A DNA stretch of 64,000 nt. Origin: Thermodesulfobacteriota bacterium (GTDB lineage: Bacteria > Desulfobacterota > Binatia > Bin18). Positions 36,802 to 45,805 of the stretch are shown in pieces. The notes under the pieces were generated by a model. That model did not search any database, was not told the DNA's origin, and saw only the letters and a program-made list of their open reading frames with translations. The stretch spans positions 4,736,001 through 4,800,000 of the forward strand of contig OZ219926.1 in assembly GCA_964291405.2 (NCBI GenBank), written 5' to 3'. Made by a program: the position numbers and the translations under genes. How positions within the stretch are numbered: position 1 is the first letter of the stretch; each line of letters begins with the position of its first letter.

Positions 36802-38102
36802 GTCGGCCGTCCCCGCCTGCTAAAAATGCCTCCGCTGTGCGTTTCCCCCGTTGGCCGCGAGGCAATACGCCCCAATGGATTGCCGAGCGCCAGGAACGCC
36901 TGCGGACACTGACCCACTGGGATGCTGAATATCAGCACGTGTTAGACGGCCAACTCGATGCGCTGACCCCCTTCCAGGAATGTCTGACCGGTCAGATGAC
37001 GCTGCCCGTTGGGGTCGTTGGCCCGCTGAGGCTGAACTGGGGCCAGTACGAACTCGACCGGCAGGGACAACTGTACGAGCGCGGCCGACAAGAAGATCAG
37101 GTTTTCGTGCCTCTGGCCCATACTGAAGGCGGACTCTCGGCATCGATTCAACGCGGAGTGACTGCCGTGGCACTTGCCGGGGGCGTCCGCACCTATGTGC
37201 TGGCCGACCGGATCACCCGAGACTCGTGCTTTGTGTTCTCTTCTACGCAAGAGGCGCTCAGTCTGGCTGATTGGGTCGCGGCGCATGCCGAGGATATGGC
37301 CACCTGGCTCAAAGACGCCGCCCATCCCTCGCTCTCGGATCATTTGCTCAGCCGCCATGCGGTGCTGCACGAGGTGCAGACCCATGTGGTCGGCCCCATG
37401 TGCCACGTCCTATACCGTTTCACGACCGGTGACGCCTGCGGGCCCAATATGATGACGCGCAACGCCTATGCGCTCAACCATGCCTATATTAGCGAACGCT
37501 TCGCAGCCGAGTCCGGCATCAGGCCGCTGCGTGTATTTCTCGAAGCCAATATGGGAGGCGATAAAAAACCGAGTCATGCCTTTTTTCAGTTTCCGGGGCA
37601 CGGCAAGGTTGTCCATGCCGAAATCACCCTGCCCAACGCGGTTTTGCGGCGAGTCCTGCGCGTTGAGGCTACGGACATCCTCGCCCTGGAACATGCCGGA
37701 CTTCACGGCGCGCACGCGAGTGGCATGCAGTCTTTTGCCTTTACTCCAGCCTCAGCCATTGCGGCTATTTTTGCCGCCACTGGCCAGGACCTGGGCATGG
37801 TTGGAACCAGCAGCATGGCGCAGGTCACGGTTAGTCCGGTTAGTGACGGTCTGCACCTCTCCATTCGGTTTGCCGGCTTAGAGGTGGGTACGCTCGGGGG
37901 GGGGACGAGCCTGCCGCACGCACGCTCGTATCTGCAACTGATGGACTGCTGGGGAGAGGGCAAGGTGTACCGGTTTGCCCAAATCATTGCGGCAACCGCC
38001 CTGTGCCTCGAACTCTCAGCCTCGGCCAGTATGGCCGCGGAGGGGAGCCGGAATTTTCTGCAAGCCCACCTTGAGCGCGGCGGACTGCGAGCGAACGAGT
38101 AA
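36798..38102 (+). CDS. Class I HMG-CoA-reductase-fold oxidoreductase (divergent)
   Basis: PVGVVGPL, PLAHTEGGL.AS, TGDACGPNM, DKKP, ATGQD, EVGTLGGGT, ELS...H. Confidence 0.85.
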   Translation: MSRPSPPAKNASAVRFPRWPRGNTPQWIAERQERLRTLTHWDAEYQHVLDGQLDALTPFQECLTGQMTLPVGVVGPLRLNWGQYELDRQGQLYERGRQEDQVFVPLAHTEGGLSASIQRGVTAVALAGGVRTYVLADRITRDSCFVFSSTQEALSLADWVAAHAEDMATWLKDAAHPSLSDHLLSRHAVLHEVQTHVVGPMCHVLYRFTTGDACGPNMMTRNAYALNHAYISERFAAESGIRPLRVFLEANMGGDKKPSHAFFQFPGHGKVVHAEITLPNAVLRRVLRVEATDILALEHAGLHGAHASGMQSFAFTPASAIAAIFAATGQDLGMVGTSSMAQVTVSPVSDGLHLSIRFAGLEVGTLGGGTSLPHARSYLQLMDCWGEGKVYRFAQIIAATALCLELSASASMAAEGSRNFLQAHLERGGLRANE

Positions 38103-38116
38103 AGACGAGAAGCCGG

Positions 38117-39022
38117 ATGCCCACGGCCCGCCTTATTGTCAACCCGACCTCGGGGGGAGGACGGGGGGCGAGGATTGCTCGCCAAGCCAGCCTGGAACTA
38201 CAACGGCGTGGATGCCCACACGAAGTGCTGTATAGCAGCGCGCCAGCTGCCCCCGCTGCGCTGGCCGCTCAGGCAGTTCGGGATGGCTGCACCCTGGTGG
38301 TCGGCCTGGGCGGCGACGGCTTGATCCATGCGGTTGCAAACAGCCTGGTCGGGACGCCGGCGACGCTGGGCATTGTTCCGGCCGGGCGCGGAAACGATAT
38401 TGCGCGCGGCCTGGATATTCCGTTGCGTCTGACCGAGGCGTGTGAGTTGATCGCGCAATATGGCGCGCACGCTGCCCAGTCCGTCCCCCGTATTGATGTT
38501 GGGCAGGCGCATGAGCGCTATTTCTTGTCGGTGGCGTTGGTCGGTTTGGCGGCAGAGATTAACCGTCGCTCAAACCTGATGGGCCGCTTTCGCTTTAACG
38601 CCGTGTATTCGGCATTGACCGTTCTGTCCGTCTTCCTTTCCGCGCCACGGACGTTCACGATTCGTTGCGACGGTCATGAGCAGCGCTGCTATAGCTGGCT
38701 GATTGCCGTCGGTAACGCGTGGAGTTCAGGACGGGGCATGCAACTCGTGCCCGGAGCTCGGGTTGATGACGGTGTCCTGGACGCCTGTGTGGTACATGGG
38801 ATGGGTAAATGGGAACTCCTGCTGCGGGCCTTCCCGCGCGTCTTTAGTGGCACCCACGTCTATCTGACCGGGATCGAGAGTTTGCGTGGGAGAGAAATGG
38901 TTATCCGTTCGGAGACTCCAGGGGATATTTACGCCGACGGTGAACGCCTGGGCTCCCTGCCGGTGACGTTGCGAGCGGTTCCCCAGGCCCTATCAGTCAT
39001 TCGTCCCGCCCGAAATCGCTAG
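38117..39022 (+). CDS. Diacylglycerol/lipid kinase family protein
   Basis: IVNPTSGGG, GGDG, PAGRGNDIAR, P.A..DDG.LD, ADGE. Confidence 0.9.
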   Translation: MPTARLIVNPTSGGGRGARIARQASLELQRRGCPHEVLYSSAPAAPAALAAQAVRDGCTLVVGLGGDGLIHAVANSLVGTPATLGIVPAGRGNDIARGLDIPLRLTEACELIAQYGAHAAQSVPRIDVGQAHERYFLSVALVGLAAEINRRSNLMGRFRFNAVYSALTVLSVFLSAPRTFTIRCDGHEQRCYSWLIAVGNAWSSGRGMQLVPGARVDDGVLDACVVHGMGKWELLLRAFPRVFSGTHVYLTGIESLRGREMVIRSETPGDIYADGERLGSLPVTLRAVPQALSVIRPARNR

Positions 39023-39096
39023 GCAAACGGGGAGGTGTGTGGTACACGGGGGTCGAATCGACCACGAAGACTGCAACTGGAAATTAAGGAGAGATT

Positions 39097-39873
39097 ATGG
39101 CCTTTCAGGAAGAGTTTCTTGATATCCGTGGCAAGAATATCCAAATGCTCAGCGGCGGGAATGGGGACCCGCTCCTGTATCTCCATAGTGCGGGCGGCGA
39201 GGTGGCTTGGCTGCCTTTTTTCGAGCAACTCGCGCAACATTATACTGTGTATGTGCCCGGCCATCCGGGTTTTAGCCGCTCTGAGGGCTTGGATCAGATC
39301 GATACTATAGAAGACTTGGTTTTTCACTATACAGATTTGATGGACCATATCGGGCTCGACCAGCCCTATGTGGCCGGTCTCTCGCTCGGGGGCTGGCTGG
39401 CCGCCGAACTGGCAACGCGCTATAGCAATCGTCTGAAAAAGTTGGCCCTGATCAACCCTGCCGGGCTGCGCGTGCCCGGCTCTCCCATGGCCGATATTTT
39501 TGCGGCAGACCCACAGGAAACGCGCCGTTTAGTCTTCCATACGCCGGAGTCGGAGCTCGCCAGGAGCTTTATCCCGGATGACCCACCCCAAGAGGTCCTG
39601 GAAAACGCCTTACGCGCCCGCGAAGCCACGGCCCGTGTAGGCTGGAATCCCTATCTCTGCAATCCAAAACTGCGCAGCCGGCTGTACCGGGTGACCGTCC
39701 CAACCCTGATTGTCTGGGGCGAGTCCGACCAATTGATTCCGCTCGCCCACGGGCATGCCTATCATGAGGGGATTGAAGGTTCACAGCTTGCCATGATTTC
39801 CGACTGCGGCCACGCACCGCCGTTTGAAAAACCCGAAGAAACCGTGACGCATTTAACCGGGTTTTTTCAGTAG
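39097..39873 (+). CDS. Alpha/beta hydrolase
   Basis: HPGF..S, GLSLGG, WGESD, CGH. Confidence 0.88.
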   Translation: MAFQEEFLDIRGKNIQMLSGGNGDPLLYLHSAGGEVAWLPFFEQLAQHYTVYVPGHPGFSRSEGLDQIDTIEDLVFHYTDLMDHIGLDQPYVAGLSLGGWLAAELATRYSNRLKKLALINPAGLRVPGSPMADIFAADPQETRRLVFHTPESELARSFIPDDPPQEVLENALRAREATARVGWNPYLCNPKLRSRLYRVTVPTLIVWGESDQLIPLAHGHAYHEGIEGSQLAMISDCGHAPPFEKPEETVTHLTGFFQ

Positions 39874-39895
39874 GGCTCCGCCTTGCCTGCACGTT

Positions 39896-40546
39896 ATGGA
39901 CCAGCGTTTGACCCCGGACATGTTCGAGCGCCTCGACGAGAACGACGATGCGCTCTTTTATACGCTGCCGCGTAAACTGGTGCATATCGATGATGGAGCG
40001 ATTGCCGCCGCCGGCCAATGTATGGCCCAGACGTTTGCGCCGGACGGTGTCCTCCTGGATCTCATGAGCAGTTGGCGTACGCATCTGCCCGAAGGGTTTG
40101 TGAAGCAAAAATGCATCGGACTCGGGCTGAACGCCGAGGAGATGGCGGATAACCCGGACCTGGATGAATATATTGTTCACAACCTCAACGTCGATCCGCA
40201 GCTCCCCTTTGCTGACGCCTCCTTTGATGGGGTGGTTGTCACCGTCTCGATTCAATACATGATCCAACCGGTTGAAGTTTTTGCTGAAGTGAATCGGATA
40301 TTGAAGCCCGGCTGTCCCTTTCTGGTGCTCTACTCCAACCGCATGTTTCCAACCAAAGCCATCCGCCTGTGGCATATGTTGAGAGATAAGGGTCGGGCCG
40401 AGTTGATTACCGCCTATTTCCAGCAGGCCGGCGGCTACGAGGCCGCGACCTTTGAGGACTGGAGTCCCAATCCGGGCGGCTCTGATCCCATGTTTGCCGT
40501 CTATGCGCGCAAGCAAAACACCCCAGAAACACCGGGCACACGATAG
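39896..40546 (+). CDS. SAM-dependent methyltransferase-like protein
   Basis: DD..FY..PR..VHIDD, LDLMSSW, LP..D.SFD, SNRMFPTKA. Confidence 0.85.
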   Translation: MDQRLTPDMFERLDENDDALFYTLPRKLVHIDDGAIAAAGQCMAQTFAPDGVLLDLMSSWRTHLPEGFVKQKCIGLGLNAEEMADNPDLDEYIVHNLNVDPQLPFADASFDGVVVTVSIQYMIQPVEVFAEVNRILKPGCPFLVLYSNRMFPTKAIRLWHMLRDKGRAELITAYFQQAGGYEAATFEDWSPNPGGSDPMFAVYARKQNTPETPGTR

Positions 40547-40554
40547 AAAACCTT

Positions 40555-41187
40555 GTGGCCTCACGCCTGATTTATCCGAAACTGGTTGTTGAGCAAAACC
40601 TGTGGCGAGCCGGGCTTCACATTGTTGCTGGAGTAGACGAGGTCGGCATGGGGCCCCTCGCCGGTCCGGTGGTGGCTGCCGCAGTCGTTTTTCCCCCAAG
40701 ACCGTCGGATGAGCGGCTGCCGGAGTCTTTCCCGGCGGGCGTGCGCGATTCCAAGACCTTGACGCAGAAAGCTCGGGAACGTCTTGAGGTGGCAATCCGT
40801 CAGATCGCAACGGGCATCGGTATCGGGCTGGTTGAGGTCGAGGAGATTGACCAAATCAACATCTATCAGGCGGGCTTGAAAGCCATGCGTTTGGCCCTCG
40901 ACCATCTTCCAGCTCGACCCGAACACGTGCTGATAGATGGCCGTTTGCTGCCAGACTATCCGATACCTCAATCCACTTTTCAGAAGGGGGATCGGGATAT
41001 TTACTCCATTGCCGCGGCCTCGATTGTTGCGAAAACGTACCGTGACCGGCTCATGCTTGAGTTGGACCAACGCTACCCTCAGTACGGATTTGCCCGCCAT
41101 AGAGGATACGGCACGGCCGCCCATCGCGAGGCTCTGCGCGCCCACGGACCGTGCCCGGCTCATCGACGTTCATTTCGGTTGCTCTAG
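40555..41187 (+). CDS. rnhB: Ribonuclease HII
   Basis: AGVDEVG.GPLAGPV, DSK, LIDG, KGD, SIAAASIVAK, HRRSF. Confidence 0.95.
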   Translation: MASRLIYPKLVVEQNLWRAGLHIVAGVDEVGMGPLAGPVVAAAVVFPPRPSDERLPESFPAGVRDSKTLTQKARERLEVAIRQIATGIGIGLVEVEEIDQINIYQAGLKAMRLALDHLPARPEHVLIDGRLLPDYPIPQSTFQKGDRDIYSIAAASIVAKTYRDRLMLELDQRYPQYGFARHRGYGTAAHREALRAHGPCPAHRRSFRLL

Positions 41188-41250
41188 TGGCTCCGGTTCA
41201 CTTTCAACCTTCCCCTATTGGTGGCTATACTAAAAGGGTAGGAGGAGTGT

Positions 41251-42525
41251 ATGGCGACTGAAGTAATCATGCCGCGTATGAGCGACACTATGGAGGAAGG
41301 GAAGATCCTCAAGTGGCTCAAAAAGGTTGGGGACCGGATTGAGGTCGGCGATATTATTGCCGAGGTGGAAACCGATAAGGCCGACATGGAAATGGAGGCC
41401 CTGGACGACGGCTTTCTGACTGAGATTCGAGCCCAGGAGGGCGAGTCTGTTCCGGTTGGAGGGGTGATTGCTCTGTTGGGAGAAGAGGCTGAAGTTGGAG
41501 TTGCTCCAACGCCACCGGCTCGAACGGCAAGCCCATCCGTACCAACTCCACCTGCTGAGAGGAGGGCGGATGCCAAAGCGAGTCCGCCGGCAGCCAAGAA
41601 GGTCCGGAAAATTCGTGAAGCCGCACCAAAGAAGCTGCCGGCCCGAAAAAAAAACGAGCGGATTCTCGCCTCGCCCATTGTCCGGAAAATTGCGGCGGAG
41701 CGCGGTATTGAACTCGCCAAGGTGCGGGGCAGTGGGCCGGGCGGCCGAATCATCAAACAGGACCTTGAAGGTGCTGAGGCCATCCCGGTGGCGGCTGAAT
41801 TGAAGACCTCGCCGGCCTCCTCGCCAGTAGCCACCACGCCAACCGGCAGGGTAGAGCCGTTCTCTCGGATGCGGGCGACGATTGCCAAACGTATGGCGGA
41901 CAGTATGCGGGAGGCGCCGCATTTTTATGTCACCGCTGAGATTGATATGTCCGAGGCGGTTCGCCTGCGGACCTCGTTGAAGCTGAGCGACCGGGTGAGC
42001 GCCGAGGTGACCTATACTCACTTATTGGTCAAGGCGGTCGCGGTTGCGTTGGGACGCCACCCACGGGTGAATGCGTCCTTTACCGGTGACGGGCGGGAAC
42101 TCAAGGATGAGGTCAATATCGGGATTGCGGTTGCCCTTGATGATGGCTTGATTGTGCCAGTGCTGCACGACTGTCAGGCGCTGTCGCTGCTGGACATCGC
42201 CGCTCGGGCCAATGCGCTGGTGGAACGGGCACGGACGGGCAAGCCGACGACGCAGGACCTCTCTGGAGGGACCTTTACCATTTCCAATTTGGGCATGTAT
42301 CCTGTGGAGCACTTTACTGCGGTAATTAATCCGCCCCAGGCCGCGATTCTGGCGACGAGTGCCATTAAAGAGCGCCCTACGGTCAGAGACGGGCAGGTGG
42401 TCATCTCGCGGACCATGATGGCAACGTTGTCGTGCGATCACCGGGTACTGGACGGGGCGACGGGCGCACAGTTTCTCCAAGAATTGAAAAATTTACTCGA
42501 AAATCCCGTGGGTCTAATGGTGTAA
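41251..42525 (+). CDS. pdhC: 2-oxoacid dehydrogenase E2 (dihydrolipoamide acyltransferase)
   Basis: Lipoyl domain ETDKA, PSBD ASP..RK.A...GSGPGGRI, SNLG, DHRVLDG. Confidence 0.9.
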   Translation: MATEVIMPRMSDTMEEGKILKWLKKVGDRIEVGDIIAEVETDKADMEMEALDDGFLTEIRAQEGESVPVGGVIALLGEEAEVGVAPTPPARTASPSVPTPPAERRADAKASPPAAKKVRKIREAAPKKLPARKKNERILASPIVRKIAAERGIELAKVRGSGPGGRIIKQDLEGAEAIPVAAELKTSPASSPVATTPTGRVEPFSRMRATIAKRMADSMREAPHFYVTAEIDMSEAVRLRTSLKLSDRVSAEVTYTHLLVKAVAVALGRHPRVNASFTGDGRELKDEVNIGIAVALDDGLIVPVLHDCQALSLLDIAARANALVERARTGKPTTQDLSGGTFTISNLGMYPVEHFTAVINPPQAAILATSAIKERPTVRDGQVVISRTMMATLSCDHRVLDGATGAQFLQELKNLLENPVGLMV

Positions 42526-42534
42526 AGGAGAGCA

Positions 42535-43920
42535 ATGGAACGCTACGACTTGGTGGTAATTGGAGCAGGCCCTGGGGGCTATGTCGCGGCTATTCGGGCC
42601 GCTCAGCTTGGCCTAAATGTCGCGGTCGTAGAGAAAGACCAGCCTGGTGGGGTGTGCCTGAACTGGGGCTGTATTCCGTCCAAGGCCATTCTGACCTCGG
42701 CGGAGATGTATGAGGACCTCAAACATGGGGAGCACTACGGTATTAAGGTGAGTGGGTTGTCTTTTGATTATCCCCAGGTCATTAAGCGTTCGCGCCAAGT
42801 TGCCGGCCGACTGGCCAAAGGGGTGGAATACCTGCTCAAAAAGAACAAGGTACCGCTCCTCAAGGGAACGGGCCGGTTGGAGGGCAACAATCGCGTGGTG
42901 ATCGAAGGTCAGGAGACGCAGCAGATCGAAGCCGAGCGTATTTTGATTGCCACCGGTTCCCGCGAACGAACGCTGCCCGGCCTTGAGGTTGATGGCAAGC
43001 AAGTCCTTACCAGTTATGAGGCATTGACGGAGCAAACCATTCCCGAATCCATCGTTATCATCGGTGGTGGGGCGATTGGGGTGGAATTCGCCTATATCTA
43101 CGGCACGTTTGGCAGCCGGGTGACGGTTGTTGAGATGGAAAAGCAACTCCTGCCTGGGATCGATGCCGAAATCGCCAAAGAACTGGAACGCGCGTTTAAG
43201 AAAAAGGGCATCGAGGTCCTGACCCAGACCATGTTTCACAGTCTGGAAAAATATCCGGGCCGGGTTGAGGTCAACCTGGATAGCAGCGGCACCCTCAAGG
43301 AGCGCACGGCCAATAAAGTCCTGGTGGCTGTCGGTCGGGCGCCGATTAGTGCCGAGCTTGGTCTGGAAGAAGCTGGTGTCGGGATTGAGCGGGGCTATGT
43401 GCAGGTCAACGAGCAAATGCAGACCGCTAATACGGCAGTCTATGCGATCGGTGATGTGAACGGGCCACCGCTTCTGGCCCATGCCGCCTCAGAAGAAGGC
43501 ATTGCCGCGGTCGAATACATAACGGGTGAACGGGAGAAAGGGCTGGATTCATCTCGCATCCCGGCCTGTATCTATTGTCAGCCGCAGGTGGCGGTCTTTG
43601 GGCTGAGCGAAGAGCAGGCCCAGGCGCAGGGTCATGAGGTCAAAGTCGGGCGATTCCCGTTCCGTGCTCTGGGCAAGGCGCTGGCTGCCGGTCATGACGA
43701 AGGTCTGGTCAAGCTGGTGGTTGATAAAGAATATGGTGAGATCCTGGGTTGTCACATCGTTGGGCGCGGTGCGACCGACCTCATTGCCGAGGTTGGTCTC
43801 GCCCGGACGCTGGAAGCGACCACGGCTGAGCTGAGCGAGACGGTTCATGCCCATCCGACATTGTCGGAAGCGATTATGGAAGCTGCACTGGACGCTGAAG
43901 GACGGGGCATTAATTTTTAG
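42535..43920 (+). CDS. lpdA: Dihydrolipoyl dehydrogenase
   Basis: GAGPGGY, GGVCLNWGCIPSK, HAHPTLSE. Confidence 0.96.
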   Translation: MERYDLVVIGAGPGGYVAAIRAAQLGLNVAVVEKDQPGGVCLNWGCIPSKAILTSAEMYEDLKHGEHYGIKVSGLSFDYPQVIKRSRQVAGRLAKGVEYLLKKNKVPLLKGTGRLEGNNRVVIEGQETQQIEAERILIATGSRERTLPGLEVDGKQVLTSYEALTEQTIPESIVIIGGGAIGVEFAYIYGTFGSRVTVVEMEKQLLPGIDAEIAKELERAFKKKGIEVLTQTMFHSLEKYPGRVEVNLDSSGTLKERTANKVLVAVGRAPISAELGLEEAGVGIERGYVQVNEQMQTANTAVYAIGDVNGPPLLAHAASEEGIAAVEYITGEREKGLDSSRIPACIYCQPQVAVFGLSEEQAQAQGHEVKVGRFPFRALGKALAAGHDEGLVKLVVDKEYGEILGCHIVGRGATDLIAEVGLARTLEATTAELSETVHAHPTLSEAIMEAALDAEGRGINF

Positions 43921-43944
43921 GGCAGCCTGGTTCGAGCAGGTCGA

Positions 43945-44637
43945 ATGAAACTCGCGTGTATAACCCCTGGCTTGGTGGACTACGCTGCCGCACTGGCATG
44001 GCAGCAGGCGCTGGTCGCACAACGGATCGCTGCTGAGATTCCGGACTCTCTCGTCCTGCTCGAACACCCGCCCGTGTTTACCTTAGGCCGGGGAGGCGAC
44101 GAGAGATATCTGCTCGACCCTGGTCAGGTACCGGTCCACCGCGTCGGTCGTGGCGGGGAGGTAACGTTTCATGGGCCGGGCCAGTTGGTCGGCTATCCCA
44201 TTCTGGACCTGAAGCCGCATGGCAAGGATGTCCATCGTTATCTGCGTCTGCTTGAAGACGTTGTCATAGCCACGCTTGCCGTATGGGGCATTGCTGCGAA
44301 TCGAAGAGACGGCCTCACCGGTGTGTGGGTAGGAACTGATAAAATCGCTTCAATCGGCATTGGTGTCCGGCGCTGGGTCACGTTTCACGGCTTTGCTCTG
44401 AACGTGAATCCTGAGCTGTCGTATTTCTCTGCCATTGTCCCCTGCGGGCTGCCCGGCGTGCGCATGACGTCCATGCAGGAATTATTGAAGGAAGAACTCC
44501 CGCTCGATACAGTGCAATCAACGATTGTCCAAAGCTTTGCTCGGACATTTGGTCATCAGGAGATCGTATGGAACACGAGCTTGCAGGCGCCCGTTCTCAA
44601 GCCTCCTCTAACAGAGCGTCCGACAACCGTCCCGTAA
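43945..44637 (+). CDS. lipB: Lipoyl(octanoyl) transferase
   Basis: EHPPVFTLG, RGG..TFHGPGQ, KIASIG, HGFALN, PCGL. Confidence 0.95.
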   Translation: MKLACITPGLVDYAAALAWQQALVAQRIAAEIPDSLVLLEHPPVFTLGRGGDERYLLDPGQVPVHRVGRGGEVTFHGPGQLVGYPILDLKPHGKDVHRYLRLLEDVVIATLAVWGIAANRRDGLTGVWVGTDKIASIGIGVRRWVTFHGFALNVNPELSYFSAIVPCGLPGVRMTSMQELLKEELPLDTVQSTIVQSFARTFGHQEIVWNTSLQAPVLKPPLTERPTTVP

Positions 44638-45482
44638 AGCGTCGCCATCCGGACTGGATTAAAGTCCGCATGCCCGCCGGTCCGGGCTATACGCAGACCA
44701 AAGCGATTGTCTCGACGTTCAAGCTCAATACGGTTTGCCAGGAAGCCCAGTGTCCCAATATTGGTGAATGCTGGGGACACGGGACGGCGACGTTTATGCT
44801 CATGGGCGACGTGTGTACCCGTAACTGCCGGTTCTGCGCGGTCAATCATGGCCGCATGGTTGCCCTTGACCCCGGAGAGCCCCGCCGTGTGGCTGAGGCG
44901 GCCCGAAAAATGAACCTCTCACATATTGTCGTTACGTCTGTCAACAGAGACGACCTACCGGACGGTGGAGCCCAACATTTTGCCGAGACCGTGCATGCGA
45001 TCAAGCACCTGAACCCCGACTGTACGATCGAAGTGCTGACCCCCGATTTTCAGGGAAATGAAGCTGCGGTTGCCACGGTTGCCGCATCGCCGATCGAAAT
45101 TTTCAACCATAATACCGAGAGTGTGCCGCGGTTGTATAAGCGCGTTCGCCCAGGGGCGAAGTACGAGCGCTCCCTCCGTGTCCTGGAGAAAGCCAAAGCC
45201 GTTCGCGCGAATCTGAAAACCAAAACCGGCATCATGCTCGGCCTGGGCGAGACCTATGAAGAACTCCTGACCGTCTTCGGCGATCTGCGAGCGGTGGAGT
45301 GCGATATCCTGACGCTCGGGCAGTATCTCCAACCGTCGAAGGACCAACTCCCGGTCGAACGCTACGTCCATCCGGATGAGTTCAAAGCCCTAAGGGAAGA
45401 GGCGCTGAGTCTGGGTTTCCGTCATGTCGAGTCCGGCCCGCTGGTGCGCAGTTCCTACCACGCCTGGAAACACGTCGAATAG
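44568..45482 (+). CDS. lipA: Lipoyl synthase
   Basis: CQEAQCPNIGEC, CTRNCRFC, RSSY. Confidence 0.96.
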   Translation: MEHELAGARSQASSNRASDNRPVKRRHPDWIKVRMPAGPGYTQTKAIVSTFKLNTVCQEAQCPNIGECWGHGTATFMLMGDVCTRNCRFCAVNHGRMVALDPGEPRRVAEAARKMNLSHIVVTSVNRDDLPDGGAQHFAETVHAIKHLNPDCTIEVLTPDFQGNEAAVATVAASPIEIFNHNTESVPRLYKRVRPGAKYERSLRVLEKAKAVRANLKTKTGIMLGLGETYEELLTVFGDLRAVECDILTLGQYLQPSKDQLPVERYVHPDEFKALREEALSLGFRHVESGPLVRSSYHAWKHVE

Positions 45483-45578
45483 CCCAGCTCTCCCAGGTAA
45501 GTCCCTTTCAATAATTTCCATCAATAAATCAGCACCTTACGGTTCATATTGAACCCGATACTCGACCCTCTTCAAAAA

Positions 45579-45607
45579 TTGTACGGCTCGCTAAGTTGTG
45601 TTAGGAT
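45579..45607 (+). promoter_or_regulatory. Candidate sigma70 promoter for the surface-protein gene
   Basis: TTGTAC-17 bp-TAGGAT. Confidence 0.35.
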
Positions 45608-45805
45608 GGTCTTGGTTGATGAGCCGCCCATGTGGTGGGGTGGTGGTTGGAGGTGGTTGTGGTGTTGCATATCAGGGCGGCAGTCCGTCTGCTGCGATTG
45701 GCTGGAGAGCAGGGGAGACCTATCGTCCCCCTGGGTGTGAAAAGTCATCAGCACGATTCGGCATTCCGGGCTGAGAAACAGGGCCGGGATCATTCGGCCA
45801 GAGAG

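Noticed and set aside
41251-45482. E2-E3-lipB-lipA cluster without E1 genes
   Set aside because: Split dehydrogenase operons are common; E1 is probably encoded elsewhere.
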